Source: Lentimicrobiaceae bacterium (GTDB lineage Bacteria > Bacteroidota > Bacteroidia > Bacteroidales > JALOCA01). From it: a stretch of DNA of 64,000 nt. Where the stretch lies: contig JALOCA010000016.1 of the NCBI GenBank assembly GCA_023227965.1, forward strand, positions 511 to 64,510. Direction: 5' to 3'. The notes beneath the pieces are model-generated. The model saw only the letters and a list, made by a program, of their open reading frames with translations. It did not search any database and was not told where the DNA came from. The stretch's first letter is position 1. Every line of letters starts with the position of its first letter. Below, piece by piece: positions 56,176 to 64,000 of the stretch. The position numbers were made by a program, and so were the translations under genes.

Positions 56176-56955
56176 ATGAAGACACTGGTTACGGAAATGC
56201 AAAAAATCATTGAATCGGGCGAAGCCGCTGTTCTTTGTATTGTTACACACACCGAAGGTTCTACACCCCGCAAAGCGGGGGCAAAAATGCTTGTGCGAAC
56301 CGATGGAAGCATCATGGGTACCATTGGCGGTGGAAATATCGAACTTCAGGTGATAAAAAAAGCTGTTTCCCTTTGTAACTCCCTTATACCTGTAACTGAA
56401 CGATTTGAACTTTTTGACGATCTTTCTATGCACTGTGGGGGAAAAATGGATGTGTACATGGAAGCAATAAGTAACCTGCAAAAAGTATATATTTTCGGTG
56501 CCGGACATGTGGGAAGGGCAGTGGCACGGCTCGCAACACAATTCGGATTTCTGGTAACATTAATTGATGAACGCCCGGGTATTTTTTCCACAGTCAACTT
56601 CCCGGAAATACAATGCCTTGAGAAAAATTATTTTAAAGCAATAGAAGACCTTGCATTTAATGAATCAGTTTATACGGTGGTCGTTACGCCCAAACATAGT
56701 TTTGATGAAGAAATTACCGCCCGGTTGTGCACCCTAAATGTTGCATACATTGGAATGATTGGCAGCAAATCAAAAGTTGCTCTTGCACGCAAACGATTTA
56801 CCGAGGAATTTCATCTCAGCCCCAACCAGATTAACCGGATTGATATGCCCATTGGTATTCCTTTTGCCGTAGAAACGCCTGAAGAAATTGCCCTGAGCAT
56901 TGTTTCCAGACTGGTAGATGTGAAAAATCAAAAGTTGAGAAATGTCAAAAATTAA
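56176..56955 (+). CDS. xdhC: XdhC/CoxI family molybdenum-hydroxylase maturation factor
   Basis: 259 aa. N-terminal XdhC_CoxI region (VLCIVTHTEGSTPRKAGAKMLV) and a Rossmann-like C-terminal region (IFGAGHVGRAVARLA). Confidence 0.8.
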   Translation: MKTLVTEMQKIIESGEAAVLCIVTHTEGSTPRKAGAKMLVRTDGSIMGTIGGGNIELQVIKKAVSLCNSLIPVTERFELFDDLSMHCGGKMDVYMEAISNLQKVYIFGAGHVGRAVARLATQFGFLVTLIDERPGIFSTVNFPEIQCLEKNYFKAIEDLAFNESVYTVVVTPKHSFDEEITARLCTLNVAYIGMIGSKSKVALARKRFTEEFHLSPNQINRIDMPIGIPFAVETPEEIALSIVSRLVDVKNQKLRNVKN

Positions 56956-58429
56956 TGAAGACCCATCGGCTATGCAGCAACTGCTAAATTCTATACAGTT
57001 TGTTTTTGACGAAAAACTTACAGTGATAGATTTTTCCCAACCTTCAGCCCCACCTCCGACTACCACAGTATTAAATTACCTGAGGTCGTTACCGGACCAT
57101 AAAGGGGTAAAGGAAGGTTGTGCCGAAGGCGATTGCGGAGCTTGTACCGTAGTGGTAGCAGAACCGGAAAACGATAGCCTTGTTTATAAGGCAATTAATT
57201 CCTGTATCGTTTTTTTACCTTTTTTGCACGGAAAACAATTGATAACCGTGGAAAACCTGTCGCAAACCATTAAAGGCGAAAAGGTTTTACACCCTGTTCA
57301 GCAGTTAATGATCGAACTGCATGGAAGCCAATGCGGATATTGTTCTCCGGGCATTGTGATGTCGCTTTTTGCTTTGTATAAAAACCACCGTAACGCCAAT
57401 CGGGCGACAGTAGAAGATGCTCTTGCCGGAAATTTGTGCAGGTGTACCGGCTACCAGCCTATTATTGAAGCGGGAATTAAAGCAGTGCAGTACGATGGAC
57501 GTGACCATTTTTCTGAAAAGGAAAAAAATGTATTGATTTTACTAAAAGAGATTAATTCTGCCAAAACTAAAATAGCAGTAAATAAAAACGGTTGTCAGTA
57601 TTACCTGCCTATTACCCTTGATGACTGCCTTGCAATTTACCGCGAAAATCCCACATTGCTTGTGATAAACGGAGCTACCGATGTTGCGTTGCTACAAACA
57701 AAAAAAATGGAGACCCTTAACAATCTTCTTGATATTTCGCATGTTGCTGAACTAAATTTTTTTAGGGAAACAGAAAACGTGTACGAAATAGGTGCCAGTT
57801 TTTCCTTCGAAGCCTTAAAAAAACGACTGGCAGGGAAATTGCCTGTGGCTGAACAAATGCTCGAAGTATTTGCCTCCAAACAAATACGCAATACTGCCAC
57901 TCCGGGCGGAAATATTGTTTCCGCTTCACCCATAGCCGATAGCCTGCCGGTATGGTTTGTCCTGGATGCTTCCGTAAAACTCATTAGCAGTGCCGGCTAC
58001 CGAACTTTACCAATTTATCAGTTGATTACTGGTTACCGAACAACGGCTTTACTTCCAGGGGAATTATTGTATTCATTGATTGTTCCTAAACCTTCCGAGG
58101 CATGTATTTTTCGCTTTTATAAAATTTCAAAACGGAGAGACTTAGACATTTCCACCGTAAGCCTGGCAGCAAAAGTTTTATGGGATACTAATAAAATAAA
58201 GGATATCATGCTTGTTTACGGGGGAATGGCAGCCACTCCGCTTAGGGCAGGCGCCACCGAAACTTTTTTGAAAGGCAAGGAATGGACAGAAGAAAATGCT
58301 GAAAAAGCATCGCTAATAACCGAGAAAGAATTTTCACCCATTTCCGATGCCCGTTCCGGGAAAAGGGCACGTTCGTTAATGGCTAAAAATCTGATAATAA
58401 AATTATTCTCCGAAACACAATTATTGTAA
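56942..58429 (+). CDS. xdhA: Xanthine dehydrogenase small subunit ([2Fe-2S] plus FAD-binding)
   Basis: 495 aa. CAEGDCGACTV and CGYCSPG...CRCTGYQPI iron-sulfur motifs, then an FAD-binding CO-dehydrogenase-flavoprotein-like domain. Overlaps xdhC by 14 nt. Confidence 0.88.
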   Translation: MSKINEDPSAMQQLLNSIQFVFDEKLTVIDFSQPSAPPPTTTVLNYLRSLPDHKGVKEGCAEGDCGACTVVVAEPENDSLVYKAINSCIVFLPFLHGKQLITVENLSQTIKGEKVLHPVQQLMIELHGSQCGYCSPGIVMSLFALYKNHRNANRATVEDALAGNLCRCTGYQPIIEAGIKAVQYDGRDHFSEKEKNVLILLKEINSAKTKIAVNKNGCQYYLPITLDDCLAIYRENPTLLVINGATDVALLQTKKMETLNNLLDISHVAELNFFRETENVYEIGASFSFEALKKRLAGKLPVAEQMLEVFASKQIRNTATPGGNIVSASPIADSLPVWFVLDASVKLISSAGYRTLPIYQLITGYRTTALLPGELLYSLIVPKPSEACIFRFYKISKRRDLDISTVSLAAKVLWDTNKIKDIMLVYGGMAATPLRAGATETFLKGKEWTEENAEKASLITEKEFSPISDARSGKRARSLMAKNLIIKLFSETQLL

Positions 58430-58433
58430 GTGT

Positions 58434-60743
58434 ATGGAAAACAGGGATAATATTCACGAAAGTGCTGTTCAGCATGTTACAGGGGAGGCTGTTTATGTGA
58501 ATGATATGCAGATGGGAAATACTCTTACCGGAAAAGTTGTTTTCAGTACACATGCCCATGCCGTAATTGTTTCCTGCGACTGCTCTGAGGCTCTTGCCAT
58601 TGAAGGTGTGCGTGCAATAATCAAGGCAGAAGATATTCCCGGAGAAAACCAGATGGGTCCGGTGGTACATGACGAGCCCTGTTTAACTCAGGGGGAAGTC
58701 CTGTGCATAGGGCAGGCAATAGCCCTCATTGCAGCAGACTCGGAAGAAATTGCACGTAAAGCCGAAAAAAAAATCAAAATTAACTATGCTCCGCTGGAGG
58801 CAATTACCGATCTGCGAACTGCCATAGAAAAAGGTTCTTTTTTTGCACCTCCATTAACCATAGCTTCAGGAGATGTTGACAGTACTTGGTACGCCTGCGA
58901 TTATATTATTGAAGGCGAACTGGAAACCGGGGGACAGGAGCACTGGTACCTCGAAACACAAACTGCATTGTGCATTCCCGGTGAAGGAAATGAAATGCTG
59001 GTGTACGCTTCGTCGCAGCATCCTTCGGAAACGCAGGCTATAGTTGCCGGAGTTTTGGGTGTGCAGCGAAATGAAGTAGAGGTGGAAGTCAAGCGTATGG
59101 GCGGAGGTTTCGGCGGAAAAGAAACCCAGGCAAACCACGTAGCAGCCTGGGCAGCTTTGCTTGCCAATGCAACCCGCCGTCCGGTGAAAATTCATCTTAA
59201 CCGGCAGGACGACCAACGCATTACGGGTAAACGGCATCCTTTTTTGTCGTTTTACAAAGCTGGTTTTAACAGGGATGGTAGGATACTGGTTGCCGATATT
59301 CGCCTTTTTGCTAACGGCGGATATGCCACTGACCTGAGCCATGCTATTATGCAAAGGGCTTTATTTCATGCTGATAATGCATATTATATTCCTAATTTCA
59401 GGGTGAGTGGTACCGTGTGCCGTACTCACCAGCCTTCCAACACTGCTTTCAGAGGCTTTGGTGGACCTCAGGGAATGGTAGTTGCTGAGACTATAATTGA
59501 CCGTATAGCCCGTTTTCTGGAAAAAGACCCTCTTGACATAAGGAAGTTGAATTTTTATGGAAATAATACCAGCAATATTACCCCTTACGGAGAAGAAATT
59601 AAAAACAACCATCTTTCCGTTTTGCTTTCCGGTATCCTCGGTTCTTCGGATTATCTGTCACGGAGGAAGGAAGTGGAAAGATTTAATGCGGTAAACAAAT
59701 ATTTTAAAAAAGGTATTGCTCTCACACCGGTAAAATTCGGCATTTCTTTTACCACTAGTTTTCTTAACCAAGCTGGAGCTTTGGTGCATATTTATCGCGA
59801 CGGCTCGATTTTGGTTAACCACGGGGGAACGGAAATGGGACAAGGCTTGCATACCAAAATCAAACAAATTGCTGCTGCCGAACTTGGAATTTCTGTTGAA
59901 AATGTTAAGGTAAATGCTACCAACACGTCTCAAGTCCCCAATACTTCAGCTACGGCAGCATCGTCAGGCACCGACCTTAACGGCATGGCTGTAAGAGCAG
60001 CAATCGACACACTTAAAAAAAGGCTTTCTGACTTTGCCTGCCAGCATTTTTGTAAAAAATTCAAAGGCATCGTGCCTATGTCTTCCGAAATTGTTTTTGC
60101 AGACAATGCTGTCAGTTGTAGGAAACATTCCATTCCCTTTGCTGAGCTGGTAGAACAGGCTTACCTCGCACAAATCAGCCTTTCTTCTACCGGTTATTAT
60201 TGCACTCCCGATATTGCATTCAATTGGGAACAGGGCAGGGGAACGCCTTTCTACTATTTTACTTTTGGTATGTCGGTCTCCGAAGTTCTGCTCGACCTGC
60301 TTACCGGCGCCGTTACTCTTTTGCGAACGGATATTTTGCATGATGTGGGAAATTCAATCAACCCGGAAGTGGATAAAGGACAAATCCGCGGCGGATTCAT
60401 TCAGGGCGTGGGCTGGTGCACGCAGGAAGAACTGAAATGGGATGCAATGGGCAACCTGCTGACCTGTTCGCCCGATACGTATAAAATTCCCGGTGTACGC
60501 GATATTCCCAAAGAATTCCCGGTTACACTTCTCGAGAATACTTACCATCCGTCTACCATCCGTGGTAGTAAAGCTGTGGGAGAACCTCCGTTTATGCACT
60601 GTTTCTCGGTATGGCTGGCAATTAAGGATGCCATTTCTGCGGTAGCTGACCATCAGTTCGAACCTATGTTCAAAATACCCGCCACCAATGAATTTATTAT
60701 CGAAAGCATAGAAGATTTAAAAAACAAGTGTTCAAAAGACTGA
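58434..60743 (+). CDS. xdhB: Xanthine dehydrogenase molybdopterin-binding subunit
   Basis: 769 aa. RMGGGFGGKE, AFRGFGGPQG (substrate Arg region), GGTEMGQGLHTK, KAVGEPP (catalytic Glu). Confidence 0.9.
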   Translation: MENRDNIHESAVQHVTGEAVYVNDMQMGNTLTGKVVFSTHAHAVIVSCDCSEALAIEGVRAIIKAEDIPGENQMGPVVHDEPCLTQGEVLCIGQAIALIAADSEEIARKAEKKIKINYAPLEAITDLRTAIEKGSFFAPPLTIASGDVDSTWYACDYIIEGELETGGQEHWYLETQTALCIPGEGNEMLVYASSQHPSETQAIVAGVLGVQRNEVEVEVKRMGGGFGGKETQANHVAAWAALLANATRRPVKIHLNRQDDQRITGKRHPFLSFYKAGFNRDGRILVADIRLFANGGYATDLSHAIMQRALFHADNAYYIPNFRVSGTVCRTHQPSNTAFRGFGGPQGMVVAETIIDRIARFLEKDPLDIRKLNFYGNNTSNITPYGEEIKNNHLSVLLSGILGSSDYLSRRKEVERFNAVNKYFKKGIALTPVKFGISFTTSFLNQAGALVHIYRDGSILVNHGGTEMGQGLHTKIKQIAAAELGISVENVKVNATNTSQVPNTSATAASSGTDLNGMAVRAAIDTLKKRLSDFACQHFCKKFKGIVPMSSEIVFADNAVSCRKHSIPFAELVEQAYLAQISLSSTGYYCTPDIAFNWEQGRGTPFYYFTFGMSVSEVLLDLLTGAVTLLRTDILHDVGNSINPEVDKGQIRGGFIQGVGWCTQEELKWDAMGNLLTCSPDTYKIPGVRDIPKEFPVTLLENTYHPSTIRGSKAVGEPPFMHCFSVWLAIKDAISAVADHQFEPMFKIPATNEFIIESIEDLKNKCSKD

Positions 60744-60770
60744 GTATCTACCGAACATTCAAATTTTTAT

Positions 60771-60797
60771 CAGATTAGTCCCGTAAGGGTTAATCTG
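60771..60797 (+). terminator. Strong hairpin downstream of xdhB (possible terminator, no T-run)
   Basis: CAGATTAGTCCC-GTAA-GGGTTAATCTG. About 11 bp with one bulge, and not followed by a U-tract. Confidence 0.35.
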
Positions 60798-60807
60798 TAA
60801 CTATGTT

Positions 60808-60815
60808 TATCTTTG
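60808..60815 (+). promoter_or_regulatory. -7 promoter box TATCTTTG for thiL
   Basis: Matches TAnnTTTG, 18 nt upstream of ATG 60834. Confidence 0.5.
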
Positions 60816-60833
60816 CACAGATAAAAAAACGCT

Positions 60834-61919
60834 ATGGCAGAAACATCCAACAAACGCACCGAACTCTCCGAATTAGGCGAATTTGGGCTGATAGAACATC
60901 TTACTAATGATATCAAACTAAAAAATAAAAGTACCCTCAAGGGCATAGGCGACGATGCCGCCGTGCTTGATTATGGCAATAAAGTAGCATTGCTCTCTAC
61001 CGACCTGCTGATAGAAGGCGTCCATTTCGATATGTCTTATACTCCGTTAAAACATTTGGGTTACAAAACTGCCGTGGTAAACTTTTCAGATATTGCCGCC
61101 ATGAATGGTATCCCAAAACAAATTACCGTAAGCATAGCCGTTTCCAACCGTTACAGTGTAGAGGCATTGGAAGAGTTTTACAACGGTTTGCTATTTGCCT
61201 GCGAACGTTATGGTGTGGACCTGGTAGGAGGCGACACCTCTTCCTGCCCGCACGGAATGTTTGTCTCAGTTTCTGTGGTTGGCGAAGCCGAAAAAGATAA
61301 AGTAGTATATCGCAAAGGAGCAAAAGAATATGATCTGGTATGCGTTACCGGCGATCTGGGAGCAGCTTACATGGGACTCCTGTTGCTCGAGCGTGAGAAA
61401 CAGGTTTTTCAGTCTGATCCCACCATGCAACCTGACCTTTCCGGCCATGATTATATCCTCGAACGCCACCTGAAACCCGAAGCTCGTACCGACATTGTGG
61501 AACAACTGCAAAAAGCCGGCATTTTACCTACTTCCATGATTGATATTTCCGACGGACTGGCTTCTGAAATTCTTCATATCTGTAAAAATTCGGAAGTAGG
61601 TTGCAGCCTCTATGAAGACAAATTACCTATTGATGTAGCTATGGCAACGATGGCAGAAGAGTTGAACATAAGTGCTGTAACTGCTGCCATGAACGGTGGT
61701 GAAGATTACGAACTGTTGTTTACCATTGTCCAAAAAGATTATGAAAAACTGAAAGAGATTCCCGGAATCACTGTTATCGGGCATATCACAGCCAAAAATG
61801 AAGGGATTAATCTGGTTTCCAACGATGGCAAACTGATACCCATCACAGCCCAGGGCTGGAACCATTGGAGAGAGAAAAACGACAGGGAAGTTGAAGGAGA
61901 TAAAGGACAAGAGAAATAA
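60834..61919 (+). CDS. thiL: Thiamine-phosphate kinase
   Basis: 361 aa. LSELGEFGLIEHLT..., GIGDDAAVL, DLLIEGVHF, and GGDTS typical of the ThiL/AIR-synthase-related fold. Short charged C-terminal extension. Confidence 0.88.
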   Translation: MAETSNKRTELSELGEFGLIEHLTNDIKLKNKSTLKGIGDDAAVLDYGNKVALLSTDLLIEGVHFDMSYTPLKHLGYKTAVVNFSDIAAMNGIPKQITVSIAVSNRYSVEALEEFYNGLLFACERYGVDLVGGDTSSCPHGMFVSVSVVGEAEKDKVVYRKGAKEYDLVCVTGDLGAAYMGLLLLEREKQVFQSDPTMQPDLSGHDYILERHLKPEARTDIVEQLQKAGILPTSMIDISDGLASEILHICKNSEVGCSLYEDKLPIDVAMATMAEELNISAVTAAMNGGEDYELLFTIVQKDYEKLKEIPGITVIGHITAKNEGINLVSNDGKLIPITAQGWNHWREKNDREVEGDKGQEK

Positions 61920-61978
61920 TTTCTGCAAACCTTCCGGAGCCCGGAGTGCCCGGAAGAGTTAAAAAAACATTTCTGCTA

Positions 61979-62479
61979 ATGGCTAATAACACAAAACAAC
62001 CAGAACCAAAATGGAAAGGCATAGATACTTCGCTGGAAGTGCTTGGTTTCCTGGCTCTGCTGGCATTAATTTTTTTGCCAATCATTTATTATCATCAACT
62101 ACCGCAAACCATTCCGACCCATTTTGATATTTATGGGAAACCGGATGATTTTTCCTCCAAACAAAGTCTGATTGCACTGCCGGTCATCGGAAGTTTTCTT
62201 TACATCCTTTTGACTGCTATTTCAATATTTATCGGAAAATATAACTACCCGGTAAAAATCACTCCGGAGAATGCAGAACGGCAATTGCGTTTGGCGATGC
62301 GCCTAGTGCGGATAGTAAAGTCCCTTCTGGTAACGGTTTTCTGCTACATTGCTTTTCAAACTATTCAGGTGGCCAGAGGCAATGCATCCGGATTAGGAGG
62401 CTATTTTGTTTTGATTTCTGCCGGTACTTTTGCCGTTGTTCTGATATTTTATTTTCTATTTGCATATAAAAAAACATGA
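61979..62479 (+). CDS. DUF1648-like membrane protein
   Basis: Start taken at MANNTKQPEPKWK. Four TM helices. HFDIYGKPDDFSSK resembles DUF1648 (SdpI-type N-terminal domain). Its stop overlaps the next gene's start (ATGA). Confidence 0.55.
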   Translation: MANNTKQPEPKWKGIDTSLEVLGFLALLALIFLPIIYYHQLPQTIPTHFDIYGKPDDFSSKQSLIALPVIGSFLYILLTAISIFIGKYNYPVKITPENAERQLRLAMRLVRIVKSLLVTVFCYIAFQTIQVARGNASGLGGYFVLISAGTFAVVLIFYFLFAYKKT

Positions 62480-64000
62480 AGTACATCTGTATTCCCTTTT
62501 CCCTGATTCTGTTTGCCTTTTCGGCGAAAGCCCAGCAGATTTTGCCATATAAAAATCCTCAGTTGCCGGTGGAGGTAAGGGTTGCCGATTTGCTCGGGCG
62601 GATGACTCCCGAAGAAAAGTTCCGTCAACTCTTTATGGTGCCCGGCGATCTGGGCAACGATTCTTCCCGCTTCGATGCCGGCTTGTTCGGCTTTCAGACA
62701 AATACTTCGGAACAGTCGGAAAATGCTACCAATCAGATATTGAAATATAATCCCGGCAAGGATATTCCGGAAGCGGTGAAAAAGAACAACTCCATCCAGC
62801 ATTATTTTGTGGAGAAGTCAAGGTTGGGCATTCCCGTCATTTTCTTCGACGAAGCCCTGCACGGGCTGATGCGTTCTGGTGCTACGGCTTTCCCGCAATC
62901 CATTGCCCTGGCTGCTACTTTTGATACTGTTTTGATGACGAAAATCTCTGCGGCTATTGCCGAAGAATGCAAAGCCTGGGGCATCCGTCAGGTTTTATCT
63001 CCGGTGGTAAATCTTGCCACCGATGTCCGCTGGGGACGGGTAGAAGAAACCTATGGCGAAGATCCTTACCTTGCTTCTCAAATGGGCGTTGCATACGTAA
63101 AATCATTTGAAGACAGAGGAATTGTAACCACCCCCAAACATTTTGTGGTAAATCATGGCGACGGAGGCCGCGACAGCTATCCGGTTTACCTGAGCGAACG
63201 GGGGCTGGAAGAAAGCTATTTCATTCCTTTTAAAGCCGTGGTAAAACAAGGCGGGACACGCAGCATCATGACGGCTTACAACTCTTTGAACGGACGTCCA
63301 TGTACACAAAACAACTGGCTTCTGAATGAAAAACTGAAAAAAGAATGGGGCTTCCGCGGAATGGTGATCAGCGATGCCGGAGCAACCGGCGGCGCCAATG
63401 TGCTGCATTTTACGGCAAAAGATTATGAAGATGCCGGAAAACAAGCCATCGAAAACGGTATGGATGTTATCTTTCAGTCGGGTTTCGGCAGTTATGATTT
63501 GTTTAAAAAGCCATTCCTCGACGGGAATGTGGTTGCTGCCAAAATGGACAGCGCTGTTGCAAGGGTACTTCGCGTGAAATTTGAACTCGGCTTATTCGAC
63601 CAGCCGTATGTAAATACTTCTGCCAATGAAATAAATTTTGCAGAGCATCGGAAAATAGCAAAGGAAGCTTCCCTCGAATCCATCGTTTTGCTGAAGAATG
63701 ATGCAAAAAAAATATTGCCCTTGTCGGGAAAATATAAAAGCATAGCCGTGATAGGAAGCGATGCCATGGAGGCACGGCTGGGCGGTTACAGCGGGCCTGA
63801 AAATGATAAAATTAATATTCTGGATGGGTTAAAACAAACTTTGGGCAAAGGTGCCGAAGTGGTTTATTCCGAAGGTTGCGGAAGATCGGATGCAGAATGG
63901 AAGTTTGTGGACGCCTCCAGCCTGTTTCATCCAAAAGATGGAAAAACAGAAAGCGGTTTGCTGGGGGAATATTTCAACAACATTGATTTAAGCGGGAAGC
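62476..64000 (+). CDS. Glycoside hydrolase family 3 beta-glucosidase with PA14 insertion (partial, continues past the right edge)
   Basis: Hand translation: MKYICIPFSLILFAFSAKAQQ... RLGIPVIFFDEALHG, PKHFVVNH, GFRGMVISDAGA (nucleophile Asp region). The last residues GLLGEYFNNIDLSGK begin a PA14 domain. Open-ended, so absent from the ORF track. Confidence 0.88.
   Translation, partial: MKYICIPFSLILFAFSAKAQQILPYKNPQLPVEVRVADLLGRMTPEEKFRQLFMVPGDLGNDSSRFDAGLFGFQTNTSEQSENATNQILKYNPGKDIPEAVKKNNSIQHYFVEKSRLGIPVIFFDEALHGLMRSGATAFPQSIALAATFDTVLMTKISAAIAEECKAWGIRQVLSPVVNLATDVRWGRVEETYGEDPYLASQMGVAYVKSFEDRGIVTTPKHFVVNHGDGGRDSYPVYLSERGLEESYFIPFKAVVKQGGTRSIMTAYNSLNGRPCTQNNWLLNEKLKKEWGFRGMVISDAGATGGANVLHFTAKDYEDAGKQAIENGMDVIFQSGFGSYDLFKKPFLDGNVVAAKMDSAVARVLRVKFELGLFDQPYVNTSANEINFAEHRKIAKEASLESIVLLKNDAKKILPLSGKYKSIAVIGSDAMEARLGGYSGPENDKINILDGLKQTLGKGAEVVYSEGCGRSDAEWKFVDASSLFHPKDGKTESGLLGEYFNNIDLSGK

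Noticed and set aside
55231-56541. ORFs antisense to tatC (55231..55548, 55891..56091) and to xdhC (56161..56541, 56346..56597)
   Set aside because: They lie inside well-supported genes on the opposite strand, and their low-complexity or Cys/His-rich composition shows no motif. Shadow ORFs.
60744-60833. Riboswitches upstream of thiL (TPP), metG, and folE/PTPS (THF)
   Set aside because: The leaders between the predicted -7 boxes and the starts are only about 18-35 nt, or the genes sit inside operons. That is too short to hold a riboswitch aptamer, and no conserved aptamer cores were seen.
1-64000. CRISPR arrays, IS elements, restriction-modification or known defence-system genes
   Set aside because: No regularly spaced direct repeats, transposase- or integrase-like ORFs, methyltransferase motifs or nuclease/ATPase pairs typical of defence islands were seen while reading the ORF set and the intergenic regions.

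Overview
This window reads as a core-chromosome segment of a Bacteroidota (Bacteroidetes) genome. Three lines of evidence support that. Three secreted proteins carry type IX secretion (T9SS) C-terminal sorting domains. There is a PorW/SprE-like TPR lipoprotein. The phylum-typical -7 promoter box TAnnTTTG lies a short distance upstream of many starts. Coding density is high and mostly housekeeping: moeA (partial), ppk1, pssA, queD, tnaA, mfd, metG, nadB, sucAB, uvrD/pcrA, murA, grpE-dnaJ, fabD, folE, tatC, xdhCAB, thiL and a partial GH3 beta-glucosidase. RNA genes are tRNA-Arg(CCT) at 20677..20748 (-) and tmRNA/ssrA at 26758..27128 (+). Four coding regions are missing from the ORF track and were found by hand. 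Two are short: an Arc-like ribbon-helix-helix protein coupled to an SPFH gene, and a 55-aa 2x[4Fe-4S] ferredoxin upstream of sucAB. Two run off the window edges: moeA and the GH3 gene. I see no CRISPR array, integrase, transposase, restriction-modification system or recognisable defence island. I cannot point to a convincing novel multi-gene system. The best leads are: (1) a conserved ~110-130-nt noncoding element present twice in the same orientation, containing an 11-bp-phased direct repeat; (2) the SPFH/Arc pair next to a cytoplasmic YD-repeat-like protein; (3) a 1339-aa papain-like T9SS cargo protein with a Ca-loop-like insertion; (4) two different classes of PTPS-fold enzyme, one linked to folE; (5) a sigma-54 activator with no DNA-binding domain and a GSFTSA loop; (6) a bactofilin/AtpZ/membrane-protein trio not followed by ATP synthase genes. 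All calls come from reading the sequence and from remembered family signatures. No database search was run.
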